A stretch of 64,000 nt of DNA from Candidatus Avimonas intestinalis (lineage in GTDB: Bacteria > Bacillota > Clostridia > Oscillospirales > Acutalibacteraceae), in assembly GCA_904380375.1 (NCBI GenBank), contig CAJFID010000006.1:1330-65329 (forward strand), given 5' to 3'. Of this stretch, positions 9,703 to 18,585 are shown in pieces. How positions within the stretch are numbered: the stretch's first letter is position 1; every line of letters starts with the position of its first letter. The notes under the pieces are model-generated. The model saw nothing but the letters and a program-made list of their open reading frames with translations, did no database searches and was not told the origin of the DNA. Position numbers and translations under genes: made by a program.

Positions 9703-11325
9703 ATGGAAAACATTTATGCATTGATGATGAGCATGGCAGCGGCGCTTCTGGCTTTGCTGGGCTACATAGCGACGGAAGCGGGGTTTGCCAGGGCCAAAAA
9801 CACGGGTAACGTGATGATCAAGGCACTCACCGGCTTCTGCATCGGCGTCCCCTGTTTCCTGTTTGCGGGCCGGTATCTGGCGTTTGGAAGCGAACCCGGC
9901 GCCCGTACGCTTTTTTTCACGGCACTTGCCGCCGCGCTGGCGGTGTGTGTGTTCGCCGCCGCTGTGATGGGCCGGATGCGCTTTTCCGCTTTCTGTGTGA
10001 TGAGCGTGCTTCTTGCGGCCGTGCTTTTCCCGCTTACCGTGCGCGCCAGCAGCTTTTTTACGGCGCAGTTCGGCTTGCTGGACCCCATGAATTTCGGCCT
10101 TTTGGGTACGGCGGCCGGGACGGCCGGTTTTATGGGCGCGAAAGTCCTGGGCGCACGCCTGGGTAAATACACGAAGGGCGGCGTGGCGCACGCCATGCCG
10201 GGCCATAATATCCCGCTCAGCCTGTGCGGCATCCTGCTGCTCTCTTTAGGCGTGGTCATTCTGGCCGGCAGCCGGGCGGTAGTAGACGGCGCCAGCGAAG
10301 ACACGCTGCTGCGCGCCATGGAGAATATGATCCTCTGCGGCGGCCTCTCGGCGCTAACGGCCCTGCTCTTTACCGCCATCCGCTACCGCAAGCCGGAGAT
10401 CACGATGACGATCAGCGCCTTTTTGACCGGCATAATCGCATCCTTCCCCGGATGTATGGGGCTTACGCCGGCTTTTTCCAGCATCTTGGGCTTTCTTTGC
10501 GGATTTTTTACCGTTCTTACCATTGAGAACATGGACTGCCATATGAATGTGGATGACCCGGCCGGGCTGTGCGGCATTACCCTGGTGGGCAGTGTGCTTG
10601 GGCTTCTCGGCAGCGGCCTCTTCTATGAAGGGCGCGGCTTGTTCGCGGGCGGCGGCTTTCAGCTCCTCGGCGCGGCGGCTCTGGGCATCCTCGCCGTAGG
10701 CATCGGCGCCGGCCTTTTCTCCGGGATTTTTACCTGGATTTTTCATTGGCTCAAAATCCTGCGCCTTACGCCTGAGCAGGAAATTGAAGGCTGCGATTTA
10801 AGCGAACACGGCATGGCGAGCGTCTACCATGATTTTGCCCTCAACCTTGACACGACCGACTGCTCAGATTCCTATCTGTACGCTGCGGAGGGCTGTGAGG
10901 AAATCGAGGAACTAGAGGCGCACAGGCCGTATGAATATCCGCCTGTGGAAGCCGGCGATCGCCAGCCCCTCACGAAGATCGAAATTGTTGCCAGGAAGGA
11001 AAAGCTTGAGCACCTCAAACGCGCACTGAATGACATCGGTATCACGGGCATGACGGTCTTCCCCGTGGCGGGCTGCGGTGTACAGAAAGGCTATAACGAG
11101 CGCTACCGCGGCGTGCCGGTTGAAATTCAGCTCCGTGCGAAAATCCGTGTGGAAGTGGTGGTGGCCAAGGTGCCCGTGGCCGAAGTAGTCAACACCGCCC
11201 GACGCGTTCTTTACTCAGGCCATGCAGGCGACGGCAAGATCTTTATCTATTCCCTCAACGATGTTGTCCGTGTTCGCACCGGCGAGAGCGGCTATGATGC
11301 TATGCAGGGCGCATCCTCCGAATAA
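9703..11325 (+). CDS. Amt-like membrane domain fused to a C-terminal P-II (GlnB/GlnK) domain
   Basis: 540 aa. Amt-like segments include EAGFARAKNTGNVMIKAL, MPGHNIPLSL and NVDDPAGLCGI. The C-terminal ~115 aa (ITGMTVFPVAGCGVQKGYNERYRG...GDGKIFIYSLNDVVRVRTGESG) form a clear P-II fold with a T-loop Tyr. Confidence 0.8.
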   Translation: MENIYALMMSMAAALLALLGYIATEAGFARAKNTGNVMIKALTGFCIGVPCFLFAGRYLAFGSEPGARTLFFTALAAALAVCVFAAAVMGRMRFSAFCVMSVLLAAVLFPLTVRASSFFTAQFGLLDPMNFGLLGTAAGTAGFMGAKVLGARLGKYTKGGVAHAMPGHNIPLSLCGILLLSLGVVILAGSRAVVDGASEDTLLRAMENMILCGGLSALTALLFTAIRYRKPEITMTISAFLTGIIASFPGCMGLTPAFSSILGFLCGFFTVLTIENMDCHMNVDDPAGLCGITLVGSVLGLLGSGLFYEGRGLFAGGGFQLLGAAALGILAVGIGAGLFSGIFTWIFHWLKILRLTPEQEIEGCDLSEHGMASVYHDFALNLDTTDCSDSYLYAAEGCEEIEELEAHRPYEYPPVEAGDRQPLTKIEIVARKEKLEHLKRALNDIGITGMTVFPVAGCGVQKGYNERYRGVPVEIQLRAKIRVEVVVAKVPVAEVVNTARRVLYSGHAGDGKIFIYSLNDVVRVRTGESGYDAMQGASSE

Positions 11326-11341
11326 ACGCATTAACAAGGAA

Positions 11342-11394
11342 CTCCAGCGCTCCTTCTTTGTGGTTGACAGACCATTTCCATTGTAGCGCTGGAG
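11342..11394 (+). terminator. possible weak terminator hairpin after the amt-PII gene
   Basis: 10-bp arms CTCCAGCGCT / AGCGCTGGAG with a long (33-nt) loop and a T-rich tail ATTCTTCCTTC. Weak. Confidence 0.25.
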
Positions 11395-11529
11395 ATTCTT
11401 CCTTCACTAAAGTTCTTTTTATTTACTCCAGTTTAACTGGGCGTGTCTTGTTTCTTCGGCGCAAATCAAAGTAAAGAGCACCGCATATCCGAGGGCTTTA
11501 CGGAAAACGCCTGAATTGTCAACGCCGAA

Positions 11530-12141
11530 TTAAAAATGCAAGAAAATGTCGAGGAAATAATGTAGGATAGCGGCGGAGAAAAGATGTAAAAAATCAGGCG
11601 TTGCCCTGGTCAAAAAGAGTGTTGAAAAGCCTTGAAAGTCGTTGTTTCGGGGATCAATCCAGGAAACCTCGCCGGTAAGCGCCGCCGCGCGGATTCCCAG
11701 AACACCTGCTCTGCGTACAAAATTGCGCGTCTCCGCATAGGAAGCCGTGCCGCCGGACGGGCGCATCCCGTCAACGCACAAATAGATTTCGGTCACCCCG
11801 TTTTCTTCTAAGAAACGCAGGTATTTTCCCCTTGTATCCCCATGAATCTGTCCGATATCCCACCACCAGACTCCCATGCTGCCCGCGGCCTCGCTCTGCG
11901 GCCGCGGCTGGGTCGCTGCGACGGTGGACGGGGAGGCGACGGTAGAGACAGCAGAGGAGACGGAGGAGGCGGAGGAAGCCGGCGGCTCGCTTTTCGCCGT
12001 TTGCTCCATCCCGGCAGTCGTCCGTTCCAGCGGCCGGCCCGTGGCAGGCTTGGAGAAACCACACAAGGAAAATCCCGCACAATAAAATACTAAATAAAGA
12101 AATACCAAAGAATATGAAGAATATAGGCGAGAATATGGCAT
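11530..12141 (-). pseudogene. truncated exported protein (N-terminal fragment, possibly glycosidase-like TIM-barrel family)
   Basis: Hydrophobic N-terminal anchor and a Ser/Ala/Pro linker, then a plausible domain start (GVWWWDIG...YLRFLEENGVTEIYLCVDG). This dissolves after WIDPRN into a nonsensical tail in AT-richer DNA. Only about 100 aa of the domain remain. Confidence 0.45.
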
Positions 12142-12146
12142 GGCTA

Positions 12147-12850
12147 TTAAAGAAACTTCATTCTTGATAGCGAAATAGAATGCTTGTGAATTTTCTCATA
12201 AAATAAACAGCGAGCCGCCCAACGGAGAAAAAACCGTTGTTTCGGCGGCTGTATGTTCACGCGCCAAAACAGAATATAGAAGCCTAACGGCGGTTTGAAA
12301 ATTACATTTCTACCGCCGTTTTCCTTTTGACAAAATGGGTTTTCGAAGGGTGTCTTGAGTAGTGATAAGGAAGTAATCGTATCTTGCAGGGCGGCATAGC
12401 GTGTGGCTATGCCGTTCTGCCTTCTTTGCCGTTCAATCACTTGACCGTCGTTAGGAAGATTAACTTTCCCAATAAAGTTCCATATAATTTGCACTTTCTG
12501 TCGGCGGTGGCCGCTGGACTTATCCGGCGCATGGACTATGATTTTCTTCACAAACTCATTCACTATCGTAGGGGTTAATTCTTTCACGCCCACATACTTG
12601 CGAATGACGGCGGCAAAGTTGTCAAAGTCTGCCTTGTCCTGCTCAAAGATATGAACAGCGTTTTGCTCTACCTGAACAAACTCCGTCAATTCTTTCTGCT
12701 CGGCTTTCGGCTATCCGTTTCCTTGCCTGTTCCAATGCCTTCTTGCGCCGCTTCATATCCTTTTCCATTTTCTCAAAACGCTGCTCATACACCATATCGC
12801 GAAACGAAGTAATCCCTTGCCGCGTGGGAAACGCGCCCGCAAAGCCGCTT
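12147..12850 (-). mobile_element. decayed C-terminal remnant of a large serine recombinase (DUF4368-type)
   Basis: LTPTIVNEFVKKIIVHAPDKSSGHRRQKVQIIWNFIG is the characteristic DUF4368 tail of Clostridial large serine recombinases. Upstream, 12690-12850 still translates as coiled-coil text (RFEKMEKDMKRRKKALEQARKRIAES) but in a different frame. No resolvase catalytic domain is present. Confidence 0.6.
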
Positions 12851-13069
12851 GTATCAATGCTTTTTCAGCCCCTACTGCGTAACAAAGGGCACGAAAAAGG
12901 CGGGTAAGAAACGCTTTGTTTCCTATCCGCCGTTTTCTGCACCCTGTCTGACAGCTACCCTATTTCAGTTTGTCGGTTGATACTGTTTTATGAGTAGCTA
13001 CCATCGGGCGGCCCTTTTGCCGTGTCCGGGTGAATGGGATGGGGTTCCGCGCGCTGGAAAGGTGTACGC

Positions 13070-14905
13070 TCAGGCGTAATACTGGGCCTGGGCCTGCCAC
13101 ATCGCGGCGTATTCGCCGCCCTTGGCCACCAGCTCGTCGTGGGCGCCGTATTCCGCCACCCGGCCGTCCACAAAGACGGCGATCCGCTCGCTGAACCGGC
13201 AGGAGGAAAGTCGGTGGGAGATATACACCGCGGTTTTCCCCCCGATCAGGGAGTCGAAATGGGTGTAGATCTCGTATTCCGCCAGGGGGTCGAGGGCGGC
13301 GGTCGGCTCGTCGAGGATGGCGACGGGCGCATCCTTGTAAATGGCGCGGGCCAGGGCGATCTTCTGTCCCTCCCCGCCCGAGAATTGGCAGCCGTCGTCG
13401 TCAAAATAGCGGTATACCGTGGTGTGGATGCCTTTGGGAAGCGTTGCCAGCTTTTCCCCGAAGCCGGCCTTCTCCAGCGCCTCGACGACGGGGCCTTCGG
13501 GCGGGTCCTCCCGCCCGGCCAGGTTGACGTCCAGCGGATAGCTCAGGAGCATGAAATCCTGGAACACCACCGAAAACAGCCGGCGGTAGGTATCCTCGTC
13601 GTAGTCCCAGACGTCCTTGCCGTCCAGGAGGATCTGCCCCTCGGTGGGGTGGTAGAGGCGGGTCAGCAGCTTAATGAAGGTGGTTTTGCCCGCGCCGTTC
13701 CGCCCGACCACCGAGAGCCGCCGCCCCGCCTCCAGCGTCAGGGAGACATGGCGCAGGGCGTAGCTTTCCGACCCGGGGTAGCGGAAGGAGACGTCCCGGA
13801 ACTCGAAGACGTGGGGTACGCCGGGATCCGCCGGCAGGGAGCCGGAGACGGCCGCCGCCGGGTATTCTAAGAAGATTTTGCACTCGTTCATGAAGTCGGC
13901 GTTGCGCACCAGGTTGATGACCTCCCGGATGATGGCGGAAAGGCTGTCGACAAAGCTGTTGGCGGAGTTCAGCAGCGCGGTGGCCTGCCCCACCGTGAGG
14001 GAGCCGGCCAGCAGGCTCAGCCCCAGGGTGACGTACAGCACCACCTGCTGGAGGACGTTGAGCCCGTTGGTCGCCGCATCGTACCGGCTGCCGGTTTTGA
14101 CCCGCTTGTTTTCCTGCTCCCAGTCCTCCTGGATGTATTGGTCCACCCGGCCCATCAGCATATCCTGCGCGCCGTACAGCCGCAGGTCCTTGCCGAAGCG
14201 GAAGTCCTTGAGCAGGCTGAAGTAATAGCCGAAAAGGCGGTTGATGCCGACCAGCTCCTTGCGAAAACGGGCGTCCAGCTTTTGGGAGCGGGAGACTAAG
14301 AAGGTGTTGAGCGCCAGGATGGCCAGCAGCACCAGGATCAGCCAGGGGGACAGGGAGCCCAGGATGGCCAGCGTCCCCGCCAGGGTGAGCAGCCCCGACA
14401 GGATGGCGGACAGGTTGCCCGTGATGCCGGCGATCCCGCCGGAATACCAGCTCATGCCGGTTTTCGCCTTCTGCATCTGGGTCAGGACCTCCGCGTTTTC
14501 GGTGTAGGCGAAGTCCATGGTCATCGCCTTGTCCCCGATCAGGCGGTCAAAGCCGGTTTCCATCCGCAGGTTGGCCCGGTTGAGGAAGTAGGAGAGCACC
14601 TGCTTGGCCGCTTCGGCCAGCAGGCCCAGCAGCACCATCGCCGCCACCAGCCAGGCCAGCGTATCCAGCCGCTGCGCGCCCATCAGCTCGTCGATGATCG
14701 CGGCCGGGAACAGGATGCTGATAAAGGGGGCGGCGCCGTTCAGGGCGGCGTTCAGCAGGGTGAGGAAGAAATAGCTTTTCTGGATCCCCCACGCCCGGCG
14801 CAGGAAGAAGGAGAGGACGGGCAGGGCGGTTTTTAGGGTGATTTCCTGCTTTTGGCCCTTCTCCGCGCCGGCTTTCCCGGCCCTTTTGGTTTCTTTGGCT
14901 TTCAT
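13070..14905 (-). CDS. ABC exporter, fused permease/ATPase subunit
   Basis: 611 aa with an N-terminal 6-TM domain. Walker A GRNGAGKTT, signature FSGGEGQKIALARA, Walker B ILDEPTAALD. Confidence 0.9.
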   Translation of the reverse strand: MKAKETKRAGKAGAEKGQKQEITLKTALPVLSFFLRRAWGIQKSYFFLTLLNAALNGAAPFISILFPAAIIDELMGAQRLDTLAWLVAAMVLLGLLAEAAKQVLSYFLNRANLRMETGFDRLIGDKAMTMDFAYTENAEVLTQMQKAKTGMSWYSGGIAGITGNLSAILSGLLTLAGTLAILGSLSPWLILVLLAILALNTFLVSRSQKLDARFRKELVGINRLFGYYFSLLKDFRFGKDLRLYGAQDMLMGRVDQYIQEDWEQENKRVKTGSRYDAATNGLNVLQQVVLYVTLGLSLLAGSLTVGQATALLNSANSFVDSLSAIIREVINLVRNADFMNECKIFLEYPAAAVSGSLPADPGVPHVFEFRDVSFRYPGSESYALRHVSLTLEAGRRLSVVGRNGAGKTTFIKLLTRLYHPTEGQILLDGKDVWDYDEDTYRRLFSVVFQDFMLLSYPLDVNLAGREDPPEGPVVEALEKAGFGEKLATLPKGIHTTVYRYFDDDGCQFSGGEGQKIALARAIYKDAPVAILDEPTAALDPLAEYEIYTHFDSLIGGKTAVYISHRLSSCRFSERIAVFVDGRVAEYGAHDELVAKGGEYAAMWQAQAQYYA

Positions 14906-17010
14906 CCCGCCGGCACCTCCGTTTCCTTGCGATAGTATTTCGCCTGGGTTTCAAACAGCTCGGCGTAGCGGGTGGGCCGCGCCATCAGGCTGTCGTGGGT
15001 CCCCTCTTCGATCACCCGGCCGCCCTCAAGCACCGCGATCCGGTCGCAGAAGCGGGTGCTCGCCAGCCGGTGGGAGATATACAGCGCGGTCTTGCCCTGC
15101 GTCATCCCGTCGAACTGCTGGTACAGCCGTTCCTCCGCCAGGGAATCCAGCGCGGCGGTCGGCTCGTCGAGCAGGATGCAGGGGGCGTCCTTGTAAAGCG
15201 CGCGGGCCAGGGCCAGCTTGGCGCTTTCCCCGCCCGAAAGCTCCACGCCGTCCTCCCTGACGACCTTGAGCAGGCTGTGGTCGATTCCACCGGGGAGGGC
15301 GGCGATCTTTTCCCAGAGCCCGGCGGTTTGCAGGCTGCGCTCCACCCGGGGGCGGTCGACCTCCGCCGGCTCCTTCATCCCCACGTTTTCCGCCACGGTA
15401 AAGGCGAAAAGCTGGGTCTCCTGGAACACGGGGGCGAACAGGCGGAAATAGTCGGCGCGGCGGTAGTCCCGCACGTTTTTCCCGTTGAGCAGGATTTCCC
15501 CCTCGTCCGGCTCGTACAGCCGGGTCAGGAGCTTTAGGAAGGTGGATTTCCCCGCCCCGTTTAGCCCCACCACCGCCAGCCGTTCGCCGGGGCGGATGGT
15601 AAAGCTGACGTCGTGCAGCGCGTCCTGATCCTGCCCGGGGTAGCGGAAGGTGACGTGGCGGAACGCAAAGCAGAGGGGCTCGTGCAGCAGGGCGTCCGGT
15701 ACCGGCTCCCCGCCATCGGGGATGTCCGGCAGGTCGAGGAATTCGCGGTAGTCGGCGACGACCTCGTTCTGCTGGCGGATGCCGATGAGGTTGTTCATCA
15801 GACCGTTCACCGCGTTGATGAAGGTGTGGATGCCGGTGGAATACATCAGGAAATCCCCGATCAGGATCCGCCCGTTGATCACGCCGGAAATCAGGAAGAC
15901 GTAGAGCAGGATCTCCTGCAAAAGGGACAGAAAGGCGAAGGTGACCGACGCCCCCATCCACAGCCGCCAGATGCGGGACTGCCCGTCCAGCCGCCGGCGC
16001 ACCTCGGCGTCAAACTGGCCGAGCAGGAAATGCCGCAGGGAAAACAGCCGCACATCCTTGCCGAACTGGAAGTTGCTCATGGCTTCGTTGTTCAGGTACC
16101 ACAATTTCCGCCATACGGGGGAGAGGGCGTCGTTTTCCTCCTTGTCCTTCTTCCAGACTTTCCAGAGGATGACCTGGTTGACCGCGAGCAGCAGCAGGAT
16201 GGCGAGCACCAGCAGGGGGTTGAGCAGAGCGACGACTGCGCCGGCCGAAAGCAGGACCAGCAGGCTGCTCGCGCCGTTCTGGACCCGGTGCATGATCCCT
16301 TCAATGCCGACGTCGTTGCTACCTGTCGCCCGGTCGCCCTTCTGGGCCAGGTCGAGCATGTCGGGGTCCTCAAGCTTTTGGTAGTCCATGCGGATGAATT
16401 TGGCGCCCGCGCGGGCGATGAAGCGCAGACGGACGGTGACGAAGCGGGTGCCGATGTTCCACCTGGAGATGGAGCCCCAGGCCCGGGCCAGCAGCAGGAG
16501 GGCGCCGAACCCGGCGGAGTAGGCGACGACCAGGGCGGCGCTCCCGCCCATCGCCGCTTCGTTGATGATGTATTTGGGCATCAGCACCGGAATGAATTGG
16601 ATGGCGGCCGCGCACAGGATGTTGAGGGCCAGGTAGGGCAGGAGGCGGGGGTCGTACTCCCGGATGCCGGCCAGCACATACCGGATGTTGCTGAGGTTGG
16701 AATACCGCGGCTTCTTTTTCTCTTTTTTCTTTTCATTCTTTTCTGCATCCTTCTTGGGCGTCCCGGCCTCGTTCCGGGAGCCCGCCTGGGCGCCGCCGCC
16801 TTCTCCGGAGCCCTTTTTGTCCGCCGGCTGGCCCTCCTCCTCGCCCGAAGCCCTGCCGGGCGCTGGTTCCGGCGCTGGACAGGGGGAGGCGGGCGCTTCC
16901 GGAGGCTGAGCCTCGGCAGCCGGCGGGGAAGCCGCGGCCTGCGGCTCCGGCTTCTGCGGACCGGGGGAGGAGGGTGCCGCTTTGGGTGCCGGGGTTGTTT
17001 TTTCGGACAT
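14902..17010 (-). CDS. ABC exporter, fused permease/ATPase subunit with a low-complexity N-terminal extension
   Basis: Walker A GLNGAGKST, signature LSGGESAKLALARA, Walker B LLDEPTAALD. ATGA overlap with the downstream subunit. Start set at the ATG at 17010 (MSEKTTPAPK...); the track start at 17139 is a TTG. Confidence 0.85.
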   Translation of the reverse strand: MSEKTTPAPKAAPSSPGPQKPEPQAAASPPAAEAQPPEAPASPCPAPEPAPGRASGEEEGQPADKKGSGEGGGAQAGSRNEAGTPKKDAEKNEKKKEKKKPRYSNLSNIRYVLAGIREYDPRLLPYLALNILCAAAIQFIPVLMPKYIINEAAMGGSAALVVAYSAGFGALLLLARAWGSISRWNIGTRFVTVRLRFIARAGAKFIRMDYQKLEDPDMLDLAQKGDRATGSNDVGIEGIMHRVQNGASSLLVLLSAGAVVALLNPLLVLAILLLLAVNQVILWKVWKKDKEENDALSPVWRKLWYLNNEAMSNFQFGKDVRLFSLRHFLLGQFDAEVRRRLDGQSRIWRLWMGASVTFAFLSLLQEILLYVFLISGVINGRILIGDFLMYSTGIHTFINAVNGLMNNLIGIRQQNEVVADYREFLDLPDIPDGGEPVPDALLHEPLCFAFRHVTFRYPGQDQDALHDVSFTIRPGERLAVVGLNGAGKSTFLKLLTRLYEPDEGEILLNGKNVRDYRRADYFRLFAPVFQETQLFAFTVAENVGMKEPAEVDRPRVERSLQTAGLWEKIAALPGGIDHSLLKVVREDGVELSGGESAKLALARALYKDAPCILLDEPTAALDSLAEERLYQQFDGMTQGKTALYISHRLASTRFCDRIAVLEGGRVIEEGTHDSLMARPTRYAELFETQAKYYRKETEVPAG

Positions 17011-17197
17011 AGATACCACAGCCTTTCGGATCAAAGTAGGGGGCGGCAGGGCCGGAACCGGGTCCTCCGCCGGGACGGAGGGGGCCGCGCGGATGCGGAG
17101 GGACCGCGGGAAACGGCAAGGAGAAAGGAAAAAAGCCAAAACTCATGGGATAAAGCACAGGAAAATGGAAAGAATAATAAAAAAATAGGCTGCTTTA

Positions 17198-17226
17198 ACC
17201 ATACATCGACAGAGGATCCAAGTCAA
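17198..17226 (-). promoter_or_regulatory. putative sigma-A promoter for the ABC exporter operon (TTGACT-17 nt-TATGGT)
   Basis: Minus-strand -35 at 17221-17226 and -10 at 17198-17203. Implies a ~180-nt GC-rich leader. Confidence 0.45.
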
Positions 17227-17400
17227 GCAACTGTCCATAGAATTTCACAACGGCTGGTAGATCAATTCTGCAACGGTTGGTTGAGCGCGGCCGTTTTGCC
17301 TGGAAAAAGCGGGGGATGAGGCGGGAAATAGGCGCGGATCGGCCGCCTCCGGCGGGAGCCGGCGGCAGGTCTCCTTTTTCCTTTCCCCGGCCCTGCGGAG

Positions 17401-17423
17401 GGATGCAGCCACTGGCTGCATCC
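17401..17423. promoter_or_regulatory. perfect 10-bp inverted repeat GGATGCAGCC-ACT-GGCTGCATCC just upstream of the cysK -35
   Basis: Read directly from the sequence. It ends 9 nt before the TTGACA at 17433. There is no adjacent T-tract and no upstream gene to terminate. Confidence 0.35.
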
Positions 17424-17432
17424 GGGCACGGC

Positions 17433-17461
17433 TTGACAGGGAGGGGAAAATCGGGTATAGT
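17433..17461 (+). promoter_or_regulatory. putative sigma-A promoter for cysK (TTGACA-17 nt-TATAGT)
   Basis: -35 at 17433-17438 and -10 at 17456-17461, about 55 nt upstream of the ATG at 17517. Confidence 0.6.
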
Positions 17462-17516
17462 CAGTGTACTGAATCATATAAAATCACTAGGATAACTATG
17501 AAATGGAGCGATAGCT

Positions 17517-18461
17517 ATGAACACGCAGCGGAAAAACCCCGTCGCCAAGAGCCTGGCCGACCTGGTCGGCAACACTCCCCTGCTCGAGCTGGGGAACCTC
17601 ATGCGCAAGGAGGGGCTGGGGGCGCGGGTGCTGGCCAAGCTGGAATCCTTTAACCCGGCCGGCAGCGTCAAGGACCGGGTCGCCCTTGCGATGATTGACG
17701 ACGCGGAGGCGGCCGGCCGGCTCAAGCCCGGCGCGGTGATTATTGAGCCGACCAGCGGCAATACCGGCATCGGCCTGGCGGCGGTGGCGGCGGCCCGCGG
17801 CTACCGCGTCATCCTGACCATGCCCGAAACCATGAGCGTGGAGCGCCGCAGCCTGCTCAAGGCCTATGGCGCCGAACTGGTCCTGACCCCGGGGCCGGAG
17901 GGGATGAAGGGCGCGATCGCGAAGGCGGAGGAGCTCGCCAAGGAGATCCCGGGGGCCTTGATTCCCGGCCAGTTTGACAACCCGGCGAACCCGGCGGCCC
18001 ACCGCACGACCACCGGGCCGGAGATCTGGCGGGATACCGACGGCGCGGTCGACGTTTTCGTCGCGGGAATCGGGACCGGCGGCACCATCACCGGGGTGGG
18101 CGAATACCTCAAGCAGCAGAACCCGGCCGTCCGGGTGGTGGGGGTGGAGCCCAAGGATTCCCCCGTGCTGAGCGGGGGCCCCGCCGGGCCGCACAAGATT
18201 CAGGGGATCGGCGCGGGCTTTGTGCCCGCGGTGCTTAACACCGCGGTTTACGATGAGCTCCTCACCGTGCGCAGCGAGGACGCCTTCCGGGCGGGGAGGG
18301 AGCTGGCGCGCTCCGAAGGGCTGCTGGCGGGGATTTCCTCCGGCGCGGCGCTGTGGGCGGCGCTTACGGTGGCCCGCCGGCCGGAAAGCGAGGGCAAGAC
18401 CATCGTCGTCCTGCTGCCCGACACCGGCGACCGTTACCTCTCGACCCCGCTGTTTGAATAA
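17517..18461 (+). CDS. cysK: cysteine synthase A (O-acetylserine sulfhydrylase)
   Basis: 314 aa. PLP-lysine motif [18 protein letters not shown] and [10 protein letters not shown] are canonical for CysK. Confidence 0.9.
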   Translation: MNTQRKNPVAKSLADLVGNTPLLELGNLMRKEGLGARVLAKLESFNPAGSVKDRVALAMIDDAEAAGRLKPGAVIIEPTSGNTGIGLAAVAAARGYRVILTMPETMSVERRSLLKAYGAELVLTPGPEGMKGAIAKAEELAKEIPGALIPGQFDNPANPAAHRTTTGPEIWRDTDGAVDVFVAGIGTGGTITGVGEYLKQQNPAVRVVGVEPKDSPVLSGGPAGPHKIQGIGAGFVPAVLNTAVYDELLTVRSEDAFRAGRELARSEGLLAGISSGAALWAALTVARRPESEGKTIVVLLPDTGDRYLSTPLFE

Positions 18462-18585
18462 CGCGGGCGGTTTCCCTCGGCGTACTTGGCAGAAAGGCGG
18501 CCGGCATTGCATTCGCCGGCCGCCTGCGCTATACTGGAGGGAAAGCCGCCGGCCGCCGCCGGCGATATCATTGGAGGGACGGGTT

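Noticed and set aside
16690-16760. Long polypyrimidine tract (TTCTTTTTCTCTTTTTTCTTTTCATTCTTTTC)
   Set aside because: It is simply the antisense of the Lys/Glu-rich KKDAEKNEKKKEKKK coding segment of the exporter's N-terminal extension, not a regulatory element.
17011-17197. GC-rich ~180-nt leader of the ABC exporter operon as a riboswitch or leader-peptide attenuator
   Set aside because: I could recognise no known riboswitch core, no convincing terminator/antiterminator pair and no RBS-preceded uORF. It is kept only as a remark inside the exporter finding.
15613-17319. 568-aa plus-strand ORF (and other 100-500-aa ORFs such as 42014-43525, 26008-27351, 23315-24532, 5968-7086 and 7316-8431)
   Set aside because: All lie antisense to genes with strong family motifs. 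All have Arg/Gly/Pro/His-rich low-complexity translations and lack RBSs. They are treated as GC-driven open frames.
18220-18585. N-terminal 122-aa extension of the TrmH-family ORF (the track start at 18220)
   Set aside because: The extension overlaps the 3' end of cysK in another frame and is Arg/Pro-rich nonsense. An ATG with a GGAGGG RBS at 18586 gives a normal-length SpoU-family protein. The same logic was applied to the extensions at 23114-23578, 55966-56166, 56873-57004, 60271-60435 and 21089-21316.
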